In this document: positions 39,453 to 54,300 of the stretch, in pieces
Layout: each line of letters starts with the position of its first letter
Position numbering within the stretch: the first letter of the stretch is position 1
Assembly: GCF_032062105.1 (NCBI RefSeq)
Contig: NW_026926657.1
Coordinates: 62,001-126,000, forward strand
Length of the DNA: 64,000 nucleotides
Source of the DNA: Saccostrea cucullata
Taxonomy: Eukaryota
Direction of reading: 5' to 3'
Translations under genes and position numbers: made by a program
Notes under the pieces: model-generated
Told to the model about the DNA's origin: nothing
What the model saw: only the letters and a program-made list of their open reading frames with translations
Database searches by the model: none

Positions 39453-42400
39453 CAGGGTCAGATCTTTTTATCATCATGAGACTCATCATATTGATTATAG
39501 GTATCAGGTTCAGAGTTATTTAATATTGATTATTGAAACAGTTCTGGTATGTTTAATTGTTTATTATTTTTTGTCCAATATTTCTGATTATTTCGTATCT
39601 GTGCTATCAGAACTGATTTTTTTTTTAATTATAAGTTTTGGGGTATATTATATATGTGTCCATTATCTCTCATTTTTTCATTGATCAGTTAAATTTCTTT
39701 TAATACATGTATATGGTTGTGTTAAAAAGTGCCTGGGGAAATGAGATCCTTACCCCCTTTTTTTTATTAGTTCAATAAAATAATTCTGAAATGATAAGTG
39801 AAATGCATGGGTAAAATATTTTAAAAACTTGCTTTAAACTTAGTATTAATTTTTGTTATTATATTTCAATTTCATTATCATTTCTCATCATATAATTGAT
39901 AATTTATGGCTATATAAAAATATTTATACAGTGTATGTATGTACCCTGCATGGGAGTGTGTAAGATATGTAAGGAAATCATGGTCATGATAATAATGACC
40001 TAAAGTAAAAGGGCAATATATAAAAGTTGAAAAATGTTTCAACTAGTAAAAATTGTTTTGATTATGCTCTACAGCTGCAAATGACATAAAGATTTTTTTT
40101 TACATTTTGCACCGCGGCTTGCAGCATAACATACTTCATAGAAACCATGGGCATTATCACGTGACCAAGAGCCAGGGTATCAGCACGTGGTTCATATTCA
40201 TTTTGATAACAATAAATTCTTATTGATCACTCATCAATGATCATTGACCTTTTTTTTAATCGATGAATCTATATAATATGATTATAGGTGTAACCGTTCA
40301 GAGTTATTTAACATTGATTATTAAAAATTGCTACCTTTTATTTTTTAATGACAAATCAATTAAATTCTGAAATTGTATGTCAGTGTCAGAGAATCATAAC
40401 AAAGAACTCATTTTTTTAAAAAAAAACTTTTTTCAAATACATGTATATATAAGAATTATCTGAGATATTTCATCATTATATATATAAATTGATTTATTTT
40501 GAGCACTAAACGTATGATTTTTAGTTCTGTTTTGCAGCGGCATGTATTTTATTGTTAAGGGTTACAACGTACCGATTGTACACTTCAAGTTTATCCTTTT
40601 TTTTAATCTTTCTAAAGTATTTTACAACTTTAAAATTAACAGTAAATTCTTTAAATATATCCTACAAAAAAAATCATAAACTTTTTAATCATTTCTTTGT
40701 CAAAAAATACTTTTAATTCATATGCTTATTTTTTGCATTGATTGGAAACTTCTTATTTTTATTCAACTGTTATTACTCCCATTTACATTATCATATTTAT
40801 GACATCTCTACGAGAGATGACAATATTGTCAAGTTTGATTTCGGATGTGAGGTCCCAGATGTAAAGCCATAAAAATGGTCTACTTCCTGGATGATTACTC
40901 ATCATCAGGGCAAATTTGACTGTGTTACTATCACGAAGGTTGAAAATATAACAGCATCACAACTTTTATGATGAAAAAAAATTTTCTAAATATAGAGCGG
41001 TAAACAATTAGGTCCCTGTTGTGATATATCTTTTTAAAGTTTCTTCTTAAAAATTTCTTTATTTTAATTAATTGGTAACACACAATTTAATTATTATGAT
41101 TGTTTTCATGGTGTTCGAAAAATATATTTCACTTTTCATTTAATCATCTACATGTTTACACGTAGGCTACTGCGTAAATGATGTTGTTAAAACAAATGGA
41201 ATATTTAAATAGTCTTTTGAATCACAAATTTCTAAATCAAACAAACACATATCAAAGTTGAAAACATTTACTTTTTAATTACTATAAACTGTTATGAAAT
41301 TAAAAGTAATTTTTATGGTTGTCATTCTATAATCTATTGCCATTTTTCAAAAACAAAATTGTATGGGGATAAGAACTTCTGAGAAGAATATATTTGAATA
41401 TTTAACTTTATTGATGAAAACAAAAATTATGAATATTTGCTTCATGTTTTTAAAAGTTTTAAAGCACATTTATTAATCATATACTTGATGGTTATAATAA
41501 AAGAACTTGCAACATTTTTCATATAATTTTCAATTGTATTAATAGCATTTAAAAAGTAATCAAATCACCTTTTCTATTTTATTGAAATGAAGCCAAAATT
41601 AAAATATATTCCAATTTTAAACTTTACAGTATATATTCAGGGTTGGCAAAAAAATTTTTTCTATAATTTTTAAAATTCATATATATTTTAAGATTTTTAT
41701 ATTTTACTATCGTATTGCGCTAAGTGGAATTTTTTTCAGCTGTTGAAAAACTTCATAAAATGAAATGTGTTTTTAAATAAATTAACAAATACAAATGCAT
41801 CTGCTAAATATTATATATTAGTTATAATAATATTATGTGATTTTTAAAAAAAATTTAAAAAAATATGAATTCCACACATTGATTCTATCTGAATAGATTT
41901 TCACAGGGTATTAAATTTTGAATGGCCATTTTTTCTTTCCTTTATGATTAACTATATTTTAAATTGACATCCAAATTTTCTTTTAAAAATGTAATTATTC
42001 CAAATTTTAGATAACAAATATATGAAAATTATAATCCTTTCACATACTAAATAAAGAATACGTTTCTCCTCAAACGTGCAAAACAGCGAGTTTTAGGATT
42101 TTCCATATAAAAGATCAAACACGATTTATATATAGTTCAGTTTGAAATGCTATAAGCATAAATCTATATTGTCTAAATAGAAAATTTCAGAAAATTATAT
42201 TTTCTAAAAAGCCATTACTACTAATTATCCTTGGCCCTTAAACCTTTCACTGTTGTAAATGCATGTTCACTGCAAGTCATCTCCATTATCCATACTTTTT
42301 TTTACAGTATAGCCATGTCTCCTCCAAATAAATGGTTTTTGAAAAAATCATATATTTTAAACCTTTCTTTTATTTTTACAACATACGTGTTTTGGAGTTT

Positions 42401-43341
42401 GAAAGCTACCCCTTTTCCTGTTCAATATCTAATTACCATTCCCCTAAAAATAATAATAAAAATATTCTGTCATTAATAGAAAAATGTAAAATTCCACTGT
42501 TTATTTTTTGAACAATTCTTCAAAAGTATTTAGTTTGCTTTGGAAAGCCAAACTAAAAATGATTTATTTATTTCACTTTTTAAAGTAAGGCTTATCATGA
42601 ATTAGTCGTTTTCCTTGCATGGACGCTTTTTAAATTGTGACCAGCAGAGAGTTTTAAAGAATGCTAAATTTTGTCAGAGGGCGCTATCTTGTTTTCATTT
42701 TAAAATTCCTTTTTATATAAATTATATTATTTTGCTTGATTGTTACTTTGTATTTTTAAACTTCAGTTTAGAAATAACAGTATTTTATTGTTTAGATGTT
42801 ACAACAAAGGTATCGATTGTACACTTCAAGTTTATCCTTTTTTTTAATCTTTCTAAAGTATTTTACAACTTTAAAATTAATTCAGAATTCTTTACAATAT
42901 CTTACAAAAAAATTATGAAATACTTTAATTTTACAATGCAAAAAACATTTCTAACGGTTTTAACTTTTAAACATATAACTTTTACATTTTTATTTATTTT
43001 TCTGCTGATTTATCATGTATTTGTTTAAATCTTGAAGGTGTGTTCTTTTCAGCCAATCAAAAACTTTACCAGAATTTATTTATTCATCGCTTTCATTCAT
43101 TCGATATCATTCATTCATTCATTCATTTAGTTCGACTTTTTAAGGTAAGCCTTACTCGTGAATTCGTGACGTTTGATAAGTCGCGATGACTTCCGAATGA
43201 ATGGAAAAATGAAAGTAACATTACGTCAAAAGTTATCAAATTTCAAAAGAGACATGATTTGTTGTAACATGCGCTCGTAAAATCGAACTCTTACAACCGT
43301 TTTGAGGAAAAACTTATTTTTACAGCTCTGGTGTATACACA

Positions 43342-46300
43342 ATGTTATGGATTCTTGAGCTGCTGTTTCTGTTTTTGTCAGTGAGTTGTGGCGTCGGGTT
43401 CAACGAGGTTGACAAGACCCGATACGAAGAGGGGAGAACGCAGTACGAAGTTCTACAGAGACGTTCAGAGAACCCACAGTACGGTAAATGTTGGACCAGC
43501 ACCGTGGCCATGATACAGGAGGGCTGTAGACATCTTACAGACGTGACTCAGAGCAGGCTAGCGCTGGCCTATCTGAACTGCTTCTTAGAAGTGCAGGGGA
43601 GGTCCCCGTACCATTGTGATGAGACTATGAGCGTGAAAGAGTGCTTACTGGATGTTACGGAGTCAGACAGAACATCTCTGACGAATTTCTTCACGCACAC
43701 CCACAGCATATGTTATTTTCTGCAGTCTCAGATCTGGCACGAAAATACACAGAATACGATCACCAGACTTAGCCAGGCATCAGATGAAGTGGCAGAGAAT
43801 CTGGCAGCAACAACAGACTTACAGAGAGAGGCTCTCAAAAACCAGGAAATCATCATCCAACAGTCAACAAACCTCAGCAATATTATCAACTCATCGTCCG
43901 AAAATCTTCCAGCGGTTATGTCAGATTTTCAGAAGACAACAGATAAACAACGAATTCTCATTAACGATATATTTGACAAGATCGTCCACCTTCAGAAGAC
44001 TATGTTGGGAGAGTTTTCTGGGTTTTACTCTATTGTGTATTACACTGTGTCTATAGTGTTATCTTATCTGTTAACATCGACTCCCCGCACTGCGGCAGCT
44101 AGATTCTGGATGTTTGGTATCGTGACTCTCAATATCATAATGGAGAGGATCATTATTTCCATGTTCACCAGTGGTTACGTAGAGGATGGAAATATTGAGG
44201 TAATGTTAACAGGGCTTAAAATCATATGTCTGGTGCATGCTGTATGATAAAAGAACTTTTGGATTCAAAGTCTTGGACTATAAATGTTATCAAATGCACT
44301 GTACAAGTACAAATTGGACCATGTTGTGACGTGCATTATTTAGTGATTTACATGAGTACACTATACAGTAATCTGTATATTCTATTGTGGAACAGTAAAA
44401 TCATACTTCCATTACTGTAGTGTAACTGTAACAACCCAAAAACTTGATCCATTTAAACTGATCAAATTCATGGACATTTAACTTAGACAAGTGCTTGCAC
44501 TGATATACACTAATACATTATGCATGGATGTGCATCATAAGTAATAACATTAAATAAATAGAAAAAAATTAATAAAAAAATTAAAACAAAATTGTATTAT
44601 TTAACATTGTTTAACAAATGTTTAAGGAAATGTTAATGTTTCATAATTTTCACATAGGAGTCTGCCTACAGCTGGCACGTTTTCTGTCGTAAAGTCAGTG
44701 GATCTCTAGCGGTGGTCATACTGGTGATTCATGCCGCTCGATACCGGGACCTTAATGTCGTCAACAATCAACTCCTCATGGACATCAAATCAGAGCTGAG
44801 ACTTCTACGTAATTCTGAATTTTATTGTTTACATTTTATATTTATTATTATGTCTATTGATCAATAAGCATAATTAAGTGTAATTGCTAAGCTTATAAAT
44901 CTTAAACTTTGCAGGGTGTTAAACTTTCTAAAGAATTTTATAATTCCTAGTAAATTGATAAGGACAATATAGATGCTGAAAAAAATTATTTTAAAAAAAG
45001 CAATTAAATTCAATTTTCTGACTGAGGGAGTTTTTTAAAACATTTACTTTTTTTAATTTTCTTGTTTATTATAAAATCTTCTAGGTTACAAAGAAAGGGG
45101 ACACAATTCAGATGAGGTTGATCACATCCTTCCAGGTGTACAGGAAGCAGCCCTCACCGGCCCAGGGCGGGTGTCGACACCCCCTCTCCACCACACCCAC
45201 ACCACCGGCCCAGGGCGGGCGTCGACACCCCCTCTCCACCACACCCACACATCAGCTGCTGCAGACAGTAAGATAGCTTCATACTCTAAAAGTTTGTCAT
45301 TGAAATATATAACTACTTATTGCGCATAGGTCATCTGAGTCCTTCAAAAGAGACTCAATCCCATCGAATTTCATCTCTTGTATCGTCTTTTAATTATGAT
45401 ATGCAAGGAAAACACATATGTTTAATAGACCCTTTTCCTGTGACATGTTTTGCCTAGGAGTTATTCTCCTTAGCCGCCATCTTGTAGGGCAAAGTAGTGA
45501 ATTTACCTCTTCTAGTAACCAATTTTATATAAACATGCATTCAAGAAATATATGGGGCAAAATATTCACAATCTTATAATCATAAATTAATAGATGCTTT
45601 AACAAATGTATATTCATAAGAAAAATATCATTATCTTTACCTCAGTAACCAGAATAACAAATTGAACTTGGTTGAATAATTCTGGGAACTCAAAATGGCG
45701 GCAGGGAAATAACTTGACAAAATATGTCATAGGAAAAGGGTCTACTTAATTCACTCAAAATCAGATGTGGCCAAAGTTTACCAAACTTGCGATGTGTAAA
45801 ACTGGGTGCTTTGCAGATTTAGTTTTGTACAAACCATGGCTGACAAAAGAGGAATGGTGAATTTACATAAATAAAATTTAAAGTCCAAGAACTACAATTG
45901 CTGGGCCTCTTCCTATTTTTCAATTCTACATTTAATCTTGGCAATTGACCTTAGAAAAAAAAATTGAGAGTGACATTCTGTCTGATATACAGGTACTGAA
46001 GGATATGAATCAGATTCCGCTTGGAGCAGTTCATCCGACTTATCCGAGGAGTCCTCCTACACCGACGTCAGTTACCATCCACATCCCACAGACTTTGTCA
46101 GGGGAGATCACTCTAACGCCTCCACCAGTAACTGTGGATCATCACACATCGGTGAGGGGGAATTGGAATTCCTGAGAAATTCCACCCCAATCCGAGAAGG
46201 AAGCTTCCAGAGAATTGAGGAATGGAGGAAAACTGGTTACTATACTACACCAAATGGAGGTAGGTGGATGTAGACGGATAATTAATATACTGAAGAACCT

Positions 46301-47100
46301 TTTTTTCAATGAACATAAAAAGATTTTTTCCCATTCCTTGTTTTTTGTTCATAAAGGTATAGTGCTTTTTTAAATTAGAAATATTTTATAACATGACAAT
46401 TTCTTAGCACTCAATGATTTGAATTTTTTTCCTAATGAAATTGTTTATTTTATCATGTCTAAAGATTTAAAGAGCAAGAAAAAAGACTTAATAATCTGGT
46501 TCTCTTATTGTAGATGCCAGTTCCCATCCCTCTCCTTCCACTTCTGGTGATTCTAAGGTCAGTTAAGAGTTGTTACTATATGTAATTGTTAGGTTGTATT
46601 GATTTTGAAAAAGGTGATACAATACATGAACCTATAATAATAAGCATTTTGCAGTATATTGAAGTCTTAAGTCCATTCTATGATACATGTATCATTTGAT
46701 GCTCATGATATATGTATAATATATTATAATTTATGAGGACTGAGTATTTATTAATATCCATGTGACCGTTCTTGTTTTACTACCATATTAGAAAATATTT
46801 TTTGTTTAAAAAGTTAGCATTTGTAAAATCAACATATTAAAGTAAAGTATTGGTAGCCTTTGTATATTTGATGTATTTATTTCTTTTCGTCTTACACAGA
46901 GTGCATCATCCAAGTACAATCTGAGAAAGAGGACACCAACCCAGATAAATAATCCCGCTTTGAGAGTTGAGTCTCCACGAGTATTCCAAAATAAAATCAA
47001 AAACCTGGAGCGTCTGGCCTTACTTAATAGCTCCACACTACGAGAGAGGCTGCATGACGTCATCTCAGATTCTGTCTATAGGATCGAGGAAAGAAACTAG
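43342..47100 (+). CDS. Kar5/GEX1/Brambleberry-family nuclear envelope fusion protein, ~567 aa, 6 coding exons
   Basis: Exons 43342-44199, 44658-44808, 45085-45267, 45993-46259, 46514-46557, 46900-47100 are GT-AG and in frame (1704 nt). Signal peptide; Cys-rich domain CW-x10-C...LALAYLNCF...GR-x4-C...C...THSICYFLQ; coiled-coil; three hydrophobic segments; YRDLNVVNNQLL; Ser/Pro-rich tail with YNLRKR. Confidence 0.82.
45156..45250 (+). repeat. Coding 48-bp tandem repeat x2 (TGPGR[V/A]STPPLHHTHT)
   Basis: Units start at 45156 and 45204 within exon 3 of the GEX1/Brambleberry-like gene and are nearly identical. Confidence 0.93.
45428..45742. mobile_element. MITE with TA flanks in intron 3
   Basis: TIR GACCCTTTTCCT(G/A)TGACAT(G/A)TTTTG plus inner GCCGCCAT/ATGGCGGC. 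TA at 45426-45427 and 45743-45744. Confidence 0.78.
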
Positions 47101-50100
47101 GCAGGAAAAGCTGTTATGAATATAACCATGATAATTTATCTTTGTTTATGTCACAAGATTGTTTGTTCGATTAGTTTTGGTAAAAAGAGCTGTATCAAAG
47201 AATACTTGCCAGATTTTACCATATGAAAAAAAAATTAAATTTTTTTATTATTTCGTGTATATAAAACTTTCATTGCCTTTGTTACTAGATTGTTTTTTAG
47301 TGTATAGAAGTAAGTTCTACTAGTAGTTGACCTTTCTTTTTTATTATTTACATGAAACCCTGCTCTGTGAATTGTCAGATGTTGATTATTTTGTTTGTTT
47401 TGATTGTTTACAGGCATCAAGACTGTATATGAAAATTTATTATTTATTTTCAGTTGAATTGTGATAGTTTACTTATTTCAATTTCCCTGTTTTTTGTTTT
47501 TTTTGTTTTTTGGTAGTGCTATAAACTGATGCATGGTAAATTCAACATCATTTTTCTATCTAAGATATTTGACAAATGTTTATATTTATTTTATTCATTA
47601 AGGCCAAAAGAAATGTGTTTTACAAAGTATGTCAATTAAGAAGTAGTTTAAAGCCCAAACTCTAGTTAAAATTTTGAATGATTTGTAAAAATGTGGGATG
47701 GCATTATTTTATTAATAACCCTATTGGTACTACTTGCATGTAGCAAATATTTTAAAAGTTTAAGCAAAAAATTAAAAGACATTTATTGATTCTTTTAATA
47801 CATGTATGTCATAAAGTATACAAATCTCAGGTTTATCCATAAGTGTTCAAAACTAATAATGTGTTCAATAGCATGTTTAAATTATAGTGACTAAAGATAT
47901 TTTTATTAAATAAAGTGAACAAGATCAGGGTGATGTAAATAAAGGGACATTGAACCAAAATTTGTATTAGAAAAAAGTTTTTTAAAGTGAAAAATGATAT
48001 CTCTTGATTGATCTTGAATTTTTTTTTTTTTTGTGTGTTGTTTTTGTTTTAGTTTTTATTGTGATTGATGGTTTTTTTATGTAATAGAAACAAGACTTTT
48101 TTGAAAAAGAATTTTAATTTTTTTATTGAATTTTTCACTTTTCTTCCTTGGCAGTCTGTCACAATATACCAGTAATTTAGATAATGCTGTACATGTGTGT
48201 CCATGTTTGAAAATATGGGGCAGTTGATTTTGTGGTTGCTAGTTAAGTGATTGGTTGTTCAGTTGATTTTCTGTTTAGAAAGTCAAAAGTCTCTTCCATA
48301 CCCACATATAATATTCTCTGAATAATAACTGAAAAATTCTTTGCTTGATAGTTATACACATGTATATAGAATTTATATAAGTTTGGATACCTATGGATAT
48401 ATTTTAATGAAAATATTAATATCACTGAATTTTCTGCTACATTGTATATTATTCATAGTTATACACTAGTTATTGAGAAGCTCATTACTAAGGAATTCTT
48501 GTAGATGATCATCCTTCCATATGATGTCAATTTGACTGTGATGATGTCATGATCCTGAGCAATAATCAGGTCAAAGGTCAGTTTGATATTTTTTGAGAGA
48601 AACTGACTAACTACATGTAGCAAATATTAATGGAAACTTGGTGTTGTAAGAACATAAAGGTTGAATTATTTGAATTTTTACCAAGGTACTATATTTGTAT
48701 TTGATGCATGTTTATTTTTTTAATGAATGATTATGCATAGTTTATAAACCATATATTCCTGCATTGTTTTGAAGTTTTTTTTTTTTTCTGTTTTCATAAT
48801 AATACTTTTAGTTATTACTTTGGTTCTATATTCATAGACCAATTGATAACGGCATTTTTCTTAAAATTGTGAAACATGTTTGTAACAAATTAGATTGATA
48901 ATGCATCTTTTGAATTGTTTTAAAATTTGCTTTTGATTATTTTTTATACACTGCATGAGTATTATACAGTGTATTTGATATTTTCCGGGTTCTTAGACAT
49001 ATGAGCCAAAAACTCAAGTGAACTTCTCTTCTGTTAAGTTTGCAAACTTTTTATTTGTTTTTTTTTTTTTAGAATCTTTTTGATAATTTTGCCAAAACCT
49101 GCCACAAAGACTTTTTAGAGTGAGGACTGTAGAAATAATTAAACATTCTTCTCCAGGTAGAGAAAATTAAGAGGTTAATGCCAACTCAAACTTTTCTAAA
49201 TCATGGCCTCATAGGATGTGGCAATTATGATTGATATTTTTTGTTTACATTTTTAACATGTATACATGTAACAAGATGTTCCGTACTATATGAAAAAAAA
49301 CATCTGTCTCAAGAGCAGCAAGAACATATTATTATAGTTATGGGTAAATGTTATGCACATCCATCTTTTGTAAATCTGAATTTTTTTTTTTTTTTTTTAA
49401 TTATCCATTGTATTACATACAGAATCAAATTAGAATAACAGCAAAATTACAATGGATATTTAGCACTCACACACCCATCCATACATCCATTTATATTTTA
49501 AATGAATATGAAGGTTGCTTTATAATAATCAGTTGTCTCTAACATGCAAACTAATTTAAACAAATATCTAACATATACATGTGTAATCTTACATTTGTTC
49601 AAAAATATTTTTCCAAAAAATCCATTGTTCTTCAAAATACTGTAGATTTGAATTGTTGATAGATATGCATCTTTCAATATTATATTTCATTTTCAAATAG
49701 CTTAGTAAACCAAGAAGTGAAGGTAATTTTGGTTGCAATAAACATGAAAAAATATATTGTTTTGTGTATAATATCATGAAGTTTTCAATTCTATTATCAT
49801 TTGTAAATGGTAATTCACCTATTAGATAATATTTTTAACATTAAATGCAATTCTTTTTGAAATTTTTCTGTATATATGTAAACTCAAGTTCCTCCATAAA
49901 AATATAATATGGTCACAATGAAGAAATACATGCAGTACAGTTTCATTTTTTGGGTACAAAACTTACAAACATCAGTAGTTTTTATATTGATTTTCTTAAG
50001 ATAAGAATCTACAGGGAAGATCCTATGTAAAATTCTATATTGTAACCACTGTACAGAAGAATCAGAAGTAGTCTTAAAACAAACTTTAAAAACATCTTTT

Positions 50101-50182
50101 ATACAAATATCTGACACTCCAAAGGGAGATAAGTCTTGATTCCACTTCGGAATTGCTGTAGGAATTATATCACTTTTATTTA

Positions 50183-51208
50183 TGTAGTAGAGTGCGCCGG
50201 AACATATTTTTCCGTCAGTCCGGGCTTTAATTTTAGGCATTGTAAAAGAGTTCCCCTCACATGGCAGGTGTTGTCAGATGTTCCTTACTGCCGATTTAGC
50301 CACATGTTAGGTAGGTTCTACTTGATGATTTATATCTTAGTATGTTCTAGACTAAAGTAGTTATGTATATCCTCTGTTTGATTAGCTGTCTTAGTTTATA
50401 ACATAGAAATAGGTTGCATAGTTAGTCTTTGTTTACAGTGTCAGTTTGTATTCCCGCCATTATGAATTCTTTTGTTTGGTTGTTACATTATATGTATTAA
50501 ACTAGTCCCAGATAGGTTTTAATGTTATTTGAATAATACTCATTTATAATTCTAAATACCTTGTTGTGATTGGTAGCTCGATTGTGTTATTTAGCAATTA
50601 TTGCATGTCCTGTACAATCCGGAATGGTCAATTCTAATGTACAATCAGACCATGTTATGTATATCCGGAAAGGCGCAATATTTGAGATCACTCGTCGCCA
50701 CTCTCTCAAAAGTCATCGTAAGTTATCAATGAGAAATGTTTGTACTTGTGGATTTCTAGTCAAAGGTCTTGCTAGTCATAGTTACATGGATGATGTACTG
50801 TGTTTTTATTATTAATTAATAATATTTTGTTAGGAATCAAAACACTTAGGGCTGTACTATACTTTAACTAACATAACAGTAAGCTGAAGTAGCATATGTA
50901 TTTATGTAGATTTACTTATACTTATCTTAAGGATATGTAAGTTAAGTCTGTTTATATACCAAATTAATTATAGATCATATGCACCATAGTACATGTGCCA
51001 TCTAGGGTAGAGCCCCCTATAATATTTCTTATTTGTATCTTACATGACACCACTATTTGTTCACTCCATTGTTCTCTGCATGTTATTTTATGATTAAGTG
51101 CAGTCATATGTGTACAACTTGCTGTTCTTTCTGTTGCAGGTTTCCATGTACACTGCCACCTTTTTTTTGCATTAATAAAATTATGAAATCTGAACCAACT
51201 CGTCCACA
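50183..51208 (+). repeat. 5' LTR (1026 bp)
   Basis: Near-identical to the 3' LTR: four substitutions and one poly-T length difference found by eye. AATAAA near the 3' end. Confidence 0.95.
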
Positions 51209-51331
51209 AATGGCGTCGCCGGTAATTTTCTAAAGGTGGTGGTGGAGAGAAAGCAGCATCAAGATGAACAAAAAGGAAGTCAAGGCCCAGCTGGAGGCCC
51301 TGAGGGCTGAACAAGGGACACTGATGTTTGG

Positions 51332-54300
51332 TTGAAGAAGAATAGTCGTGTGGCTCTAGTGTCTGAATGCGACGTTGACACAGCACCTCGAGCTAAAGCG
51401 GAGTTTCTGTCTACAGGAGTAAGGGAGGAAACGGTTGTACTGCATGATGACATAACTGGAGATTCACCAGCTTTTGATGCATCCTCACTTGTCCCAGAGA
51501 ACATGGAATGCACTTCAGAAGAAAGACAGAAGATTTTAGATCTATTCTCAAGGAATTCTGACGTATTTGTGAAGAATGACCTGGACGTGGGATGCGCTGA
51601 GACTGTTAGGCACCGCATTAATTTAACAGATGGAGAGTCTATAAGCATGCCTTACAGAAGAATACCACCAAATCAGTATCAAGAAGTTAAAAACCACATA
51701 CAAAAACTTCTGGAGAAGGACATAATCCAGCCGAGCAAGAGCCCTTATGCTGCGCCCATAGTCATTGCACGCAAGAAGGACAATACCATTAGACTATGTG
51801 TGGACTACAGGAAGTTAAACCACCGCACGATTCGTGACGCCTTCCCTCTCCCACGCATTGAGGAGTCTCTTGATGCCCTTCATGGATCTACACTGTTTAG
51901 CACCATGGATTTGGCAAGTGGCTTCCACCAGATAGCAATGCATCCAGAAGACCAACACAAAACTGCTTTCTCGACTCCTTTCGGTTTATACGAATATCGA
52001 CGCATGCCATTTGGCCTATGCAATTCACCAGCAAGCTTTCAAAGACTAATGCAGCAGATTTTCAGCGACACAGTTTTCCAGATTTTACTGGTTTATCTTG
52101 ATGATATAGTGGTATACTCTAGGACCTTAGATGAACATCTACAGAGGTTAGACCTGGTGTTTGCTAAGCTACGGGAACATGGCCTTAAACTCAATCCACG
52201 CAAATGCCACTTTTTTCAACAGGAAGTGCAGTATCTAGGCTACACAGTCTCCAAGGAGGGGATTTCTGCATCCGAGGACAAAGTAAAAGTTGTAAAGGAT
52301 TGGCCACTTCCTAAGACACTTAAGGAACTGAGAGGATTTTTGGGATTCTCAAGCTACTATCGTAGATTTGTATCGAAATATGCTCATACTGCAAAGCCAT
52401 TGTATGGACTGATAGCCACTTTCAACAGGAATAATCCTCAAAAGACTAATGGACAACTGAAACATTTATGGACACCAGAGTGTTCCACTGCATTCAACAC
52501 GCTGAAAGATAAGCTGACATCCACAGATGTGTTGGGGTTTGCAGATTACTCCAAACCATTCGTCCTGGAGACAGATGCAAGTTTGAATGGGTTGGGTGCT
52601 GTTCTGATGCAGGAGCAGGAAGGAAAACGTCGTGTCATCGCCTATGCTAGTCGCACACTCCGTCCTACAGAGCGCAACGACTCTAACTATAGCTCTGCTA
52701 AACTTGAACTGCTTGCAGTTAAATGGGCTGTGACTGAAAAGTTTAAGGATTATCTATGGGGATCAACATTTGAAATCCTGACAGACAATAACCCCATAAG
52801 TTATCTCCAAACAAGCGCAAAACTGGGAGCTACTGAACAACGTTGGGCCATGCAACTAGCACAATATAACTTTACCATCAAGTACCGACCTGGAAAAGAA
52901 AACACTGCGGCTGATGCCTTGTCTAGAATTTCCAGATGTGATTCCATTTCATCCATTGTGCCAAATACATGCAGTGCACTTACCTGTGAGATTAGAGTTA
53001 AGGCCCTTGCATCAGCAATCGAGGGATGTGAAGACCGTGCTATGACACTACATCCGACAGCAGTATGTTCTAGTGTGTTTTCGTTCCCCAGTTATGACCT
53101 AGAAGATATCATCAAAATGCAGAGCCAGGACCCCGTTATCTCAAGTTTCATGAAGTATTTCCTTATTGGACAAAAGCCGTCTAAGAAAGAAAGGGAGGGA
53201 GAAACACGAATTGTTATTGACATGCTACGACAATGGGAGAGGATGGTCTTAAGACAAGGTCACCTATATCGCAGAGTAAACGACCCCCAACAAGGCCAGT
53301 TGCAACAGCTTGTGTTACCTAAGTGTTTACAAGACCAAATTATGACCCAACTCCATAAGCAGTCAGGACATCAGGGTGTAGACAGGACAGTCAGTCTAGT
53401 GAGATCTAGATTTTACTGGACTGGAATGTACGCTGACATCAGCGAGTACTGCAAGTCATGCGAAAGGTGCAATTCAGCAAAATTACCACACTTGCGAATG
53501 CGGTTACCTATGAACCATCTTCTAGCCACGAAACCAAATGAGATCGTAGCCATGGATTTCACTCTTCTAGAAAAGTCGTCAGATGGCAGGGAAAATGTTC
53601 TAGTTCTAACTGATGTTTTCTCCAAATTTTCTATCGCAATCCCGACTAGGGACCAGACAGCAGTAACAACAGCCAAGGTTCTCATGAGAGAATGGTTCAT
53701 GAAGTATGGAGTGCCAGAGCGCATACATTCTGATCAGGGCAGAAACTTTGAGGGATCTCTGATAGCTGAGCTTTGTAAGATGTACAAGGTGAAGAAGACT
53801 CGCACAACGCCTTATTACCCCCAGGGTAACGGACAATGTGAACGGTTCAACCGAACGCTGCATGATCTTTTGCGCTCATTAACTCCACGTGAAAAAAGAC
53901 ATTGGCCAGACCAGTTACCAGAACTGCTGTTTGTATACAATTCCACAGTACACTCTTCAACAGGTTTCACACCTTTTTACCTGTTTCTGGGAAGAAATCC
54001 ACGGTTACCTGTTGACTCCATGCTTCTTTTTGAGGAGGAAGGGGAAGAGGATGAAGTTAACCTTCATGAATTTGTGGAACAGCATGCCCAGCGATTGAAG
54101 ACCGCATACGAAAAAGCAGGGGAGAAACTTCGGGCAAAGGCAAAAGACCGTGAAGGTGACAGAGAGGAAATGGCAACACATGATCTTCCTATTGGTACTA
54201 TTGTCCTCTTAAGAAACCGTGTTCTAGGACGCAACAAGATACAGGATGCTTGGGGATCAAAGGAATATATGGTTGTAAAACGAGTAGACCCAGACCGTTA

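Noticed and set aside
49884-50240. 118-aa ORF as a stand-alone gene
   Set aside because: It is a chimera of reverse LTR sequence and the LINE ORF2 fragment.
51211-51228. Assigning the primer tRNA for the PBS
   Set aside because: The TGG start is clear, but I could not match it confidently to a specific tRNA 3' end without the host tRNA set.
50964-54098. Antisense or overlapping ORFs in the LTR element (50964-51386, 51280-51648, 53413-53724, 53606-53863, 53889-54098)
   Set aside because: These are shadow frames of pol or the LTR with no recognisable motifs.
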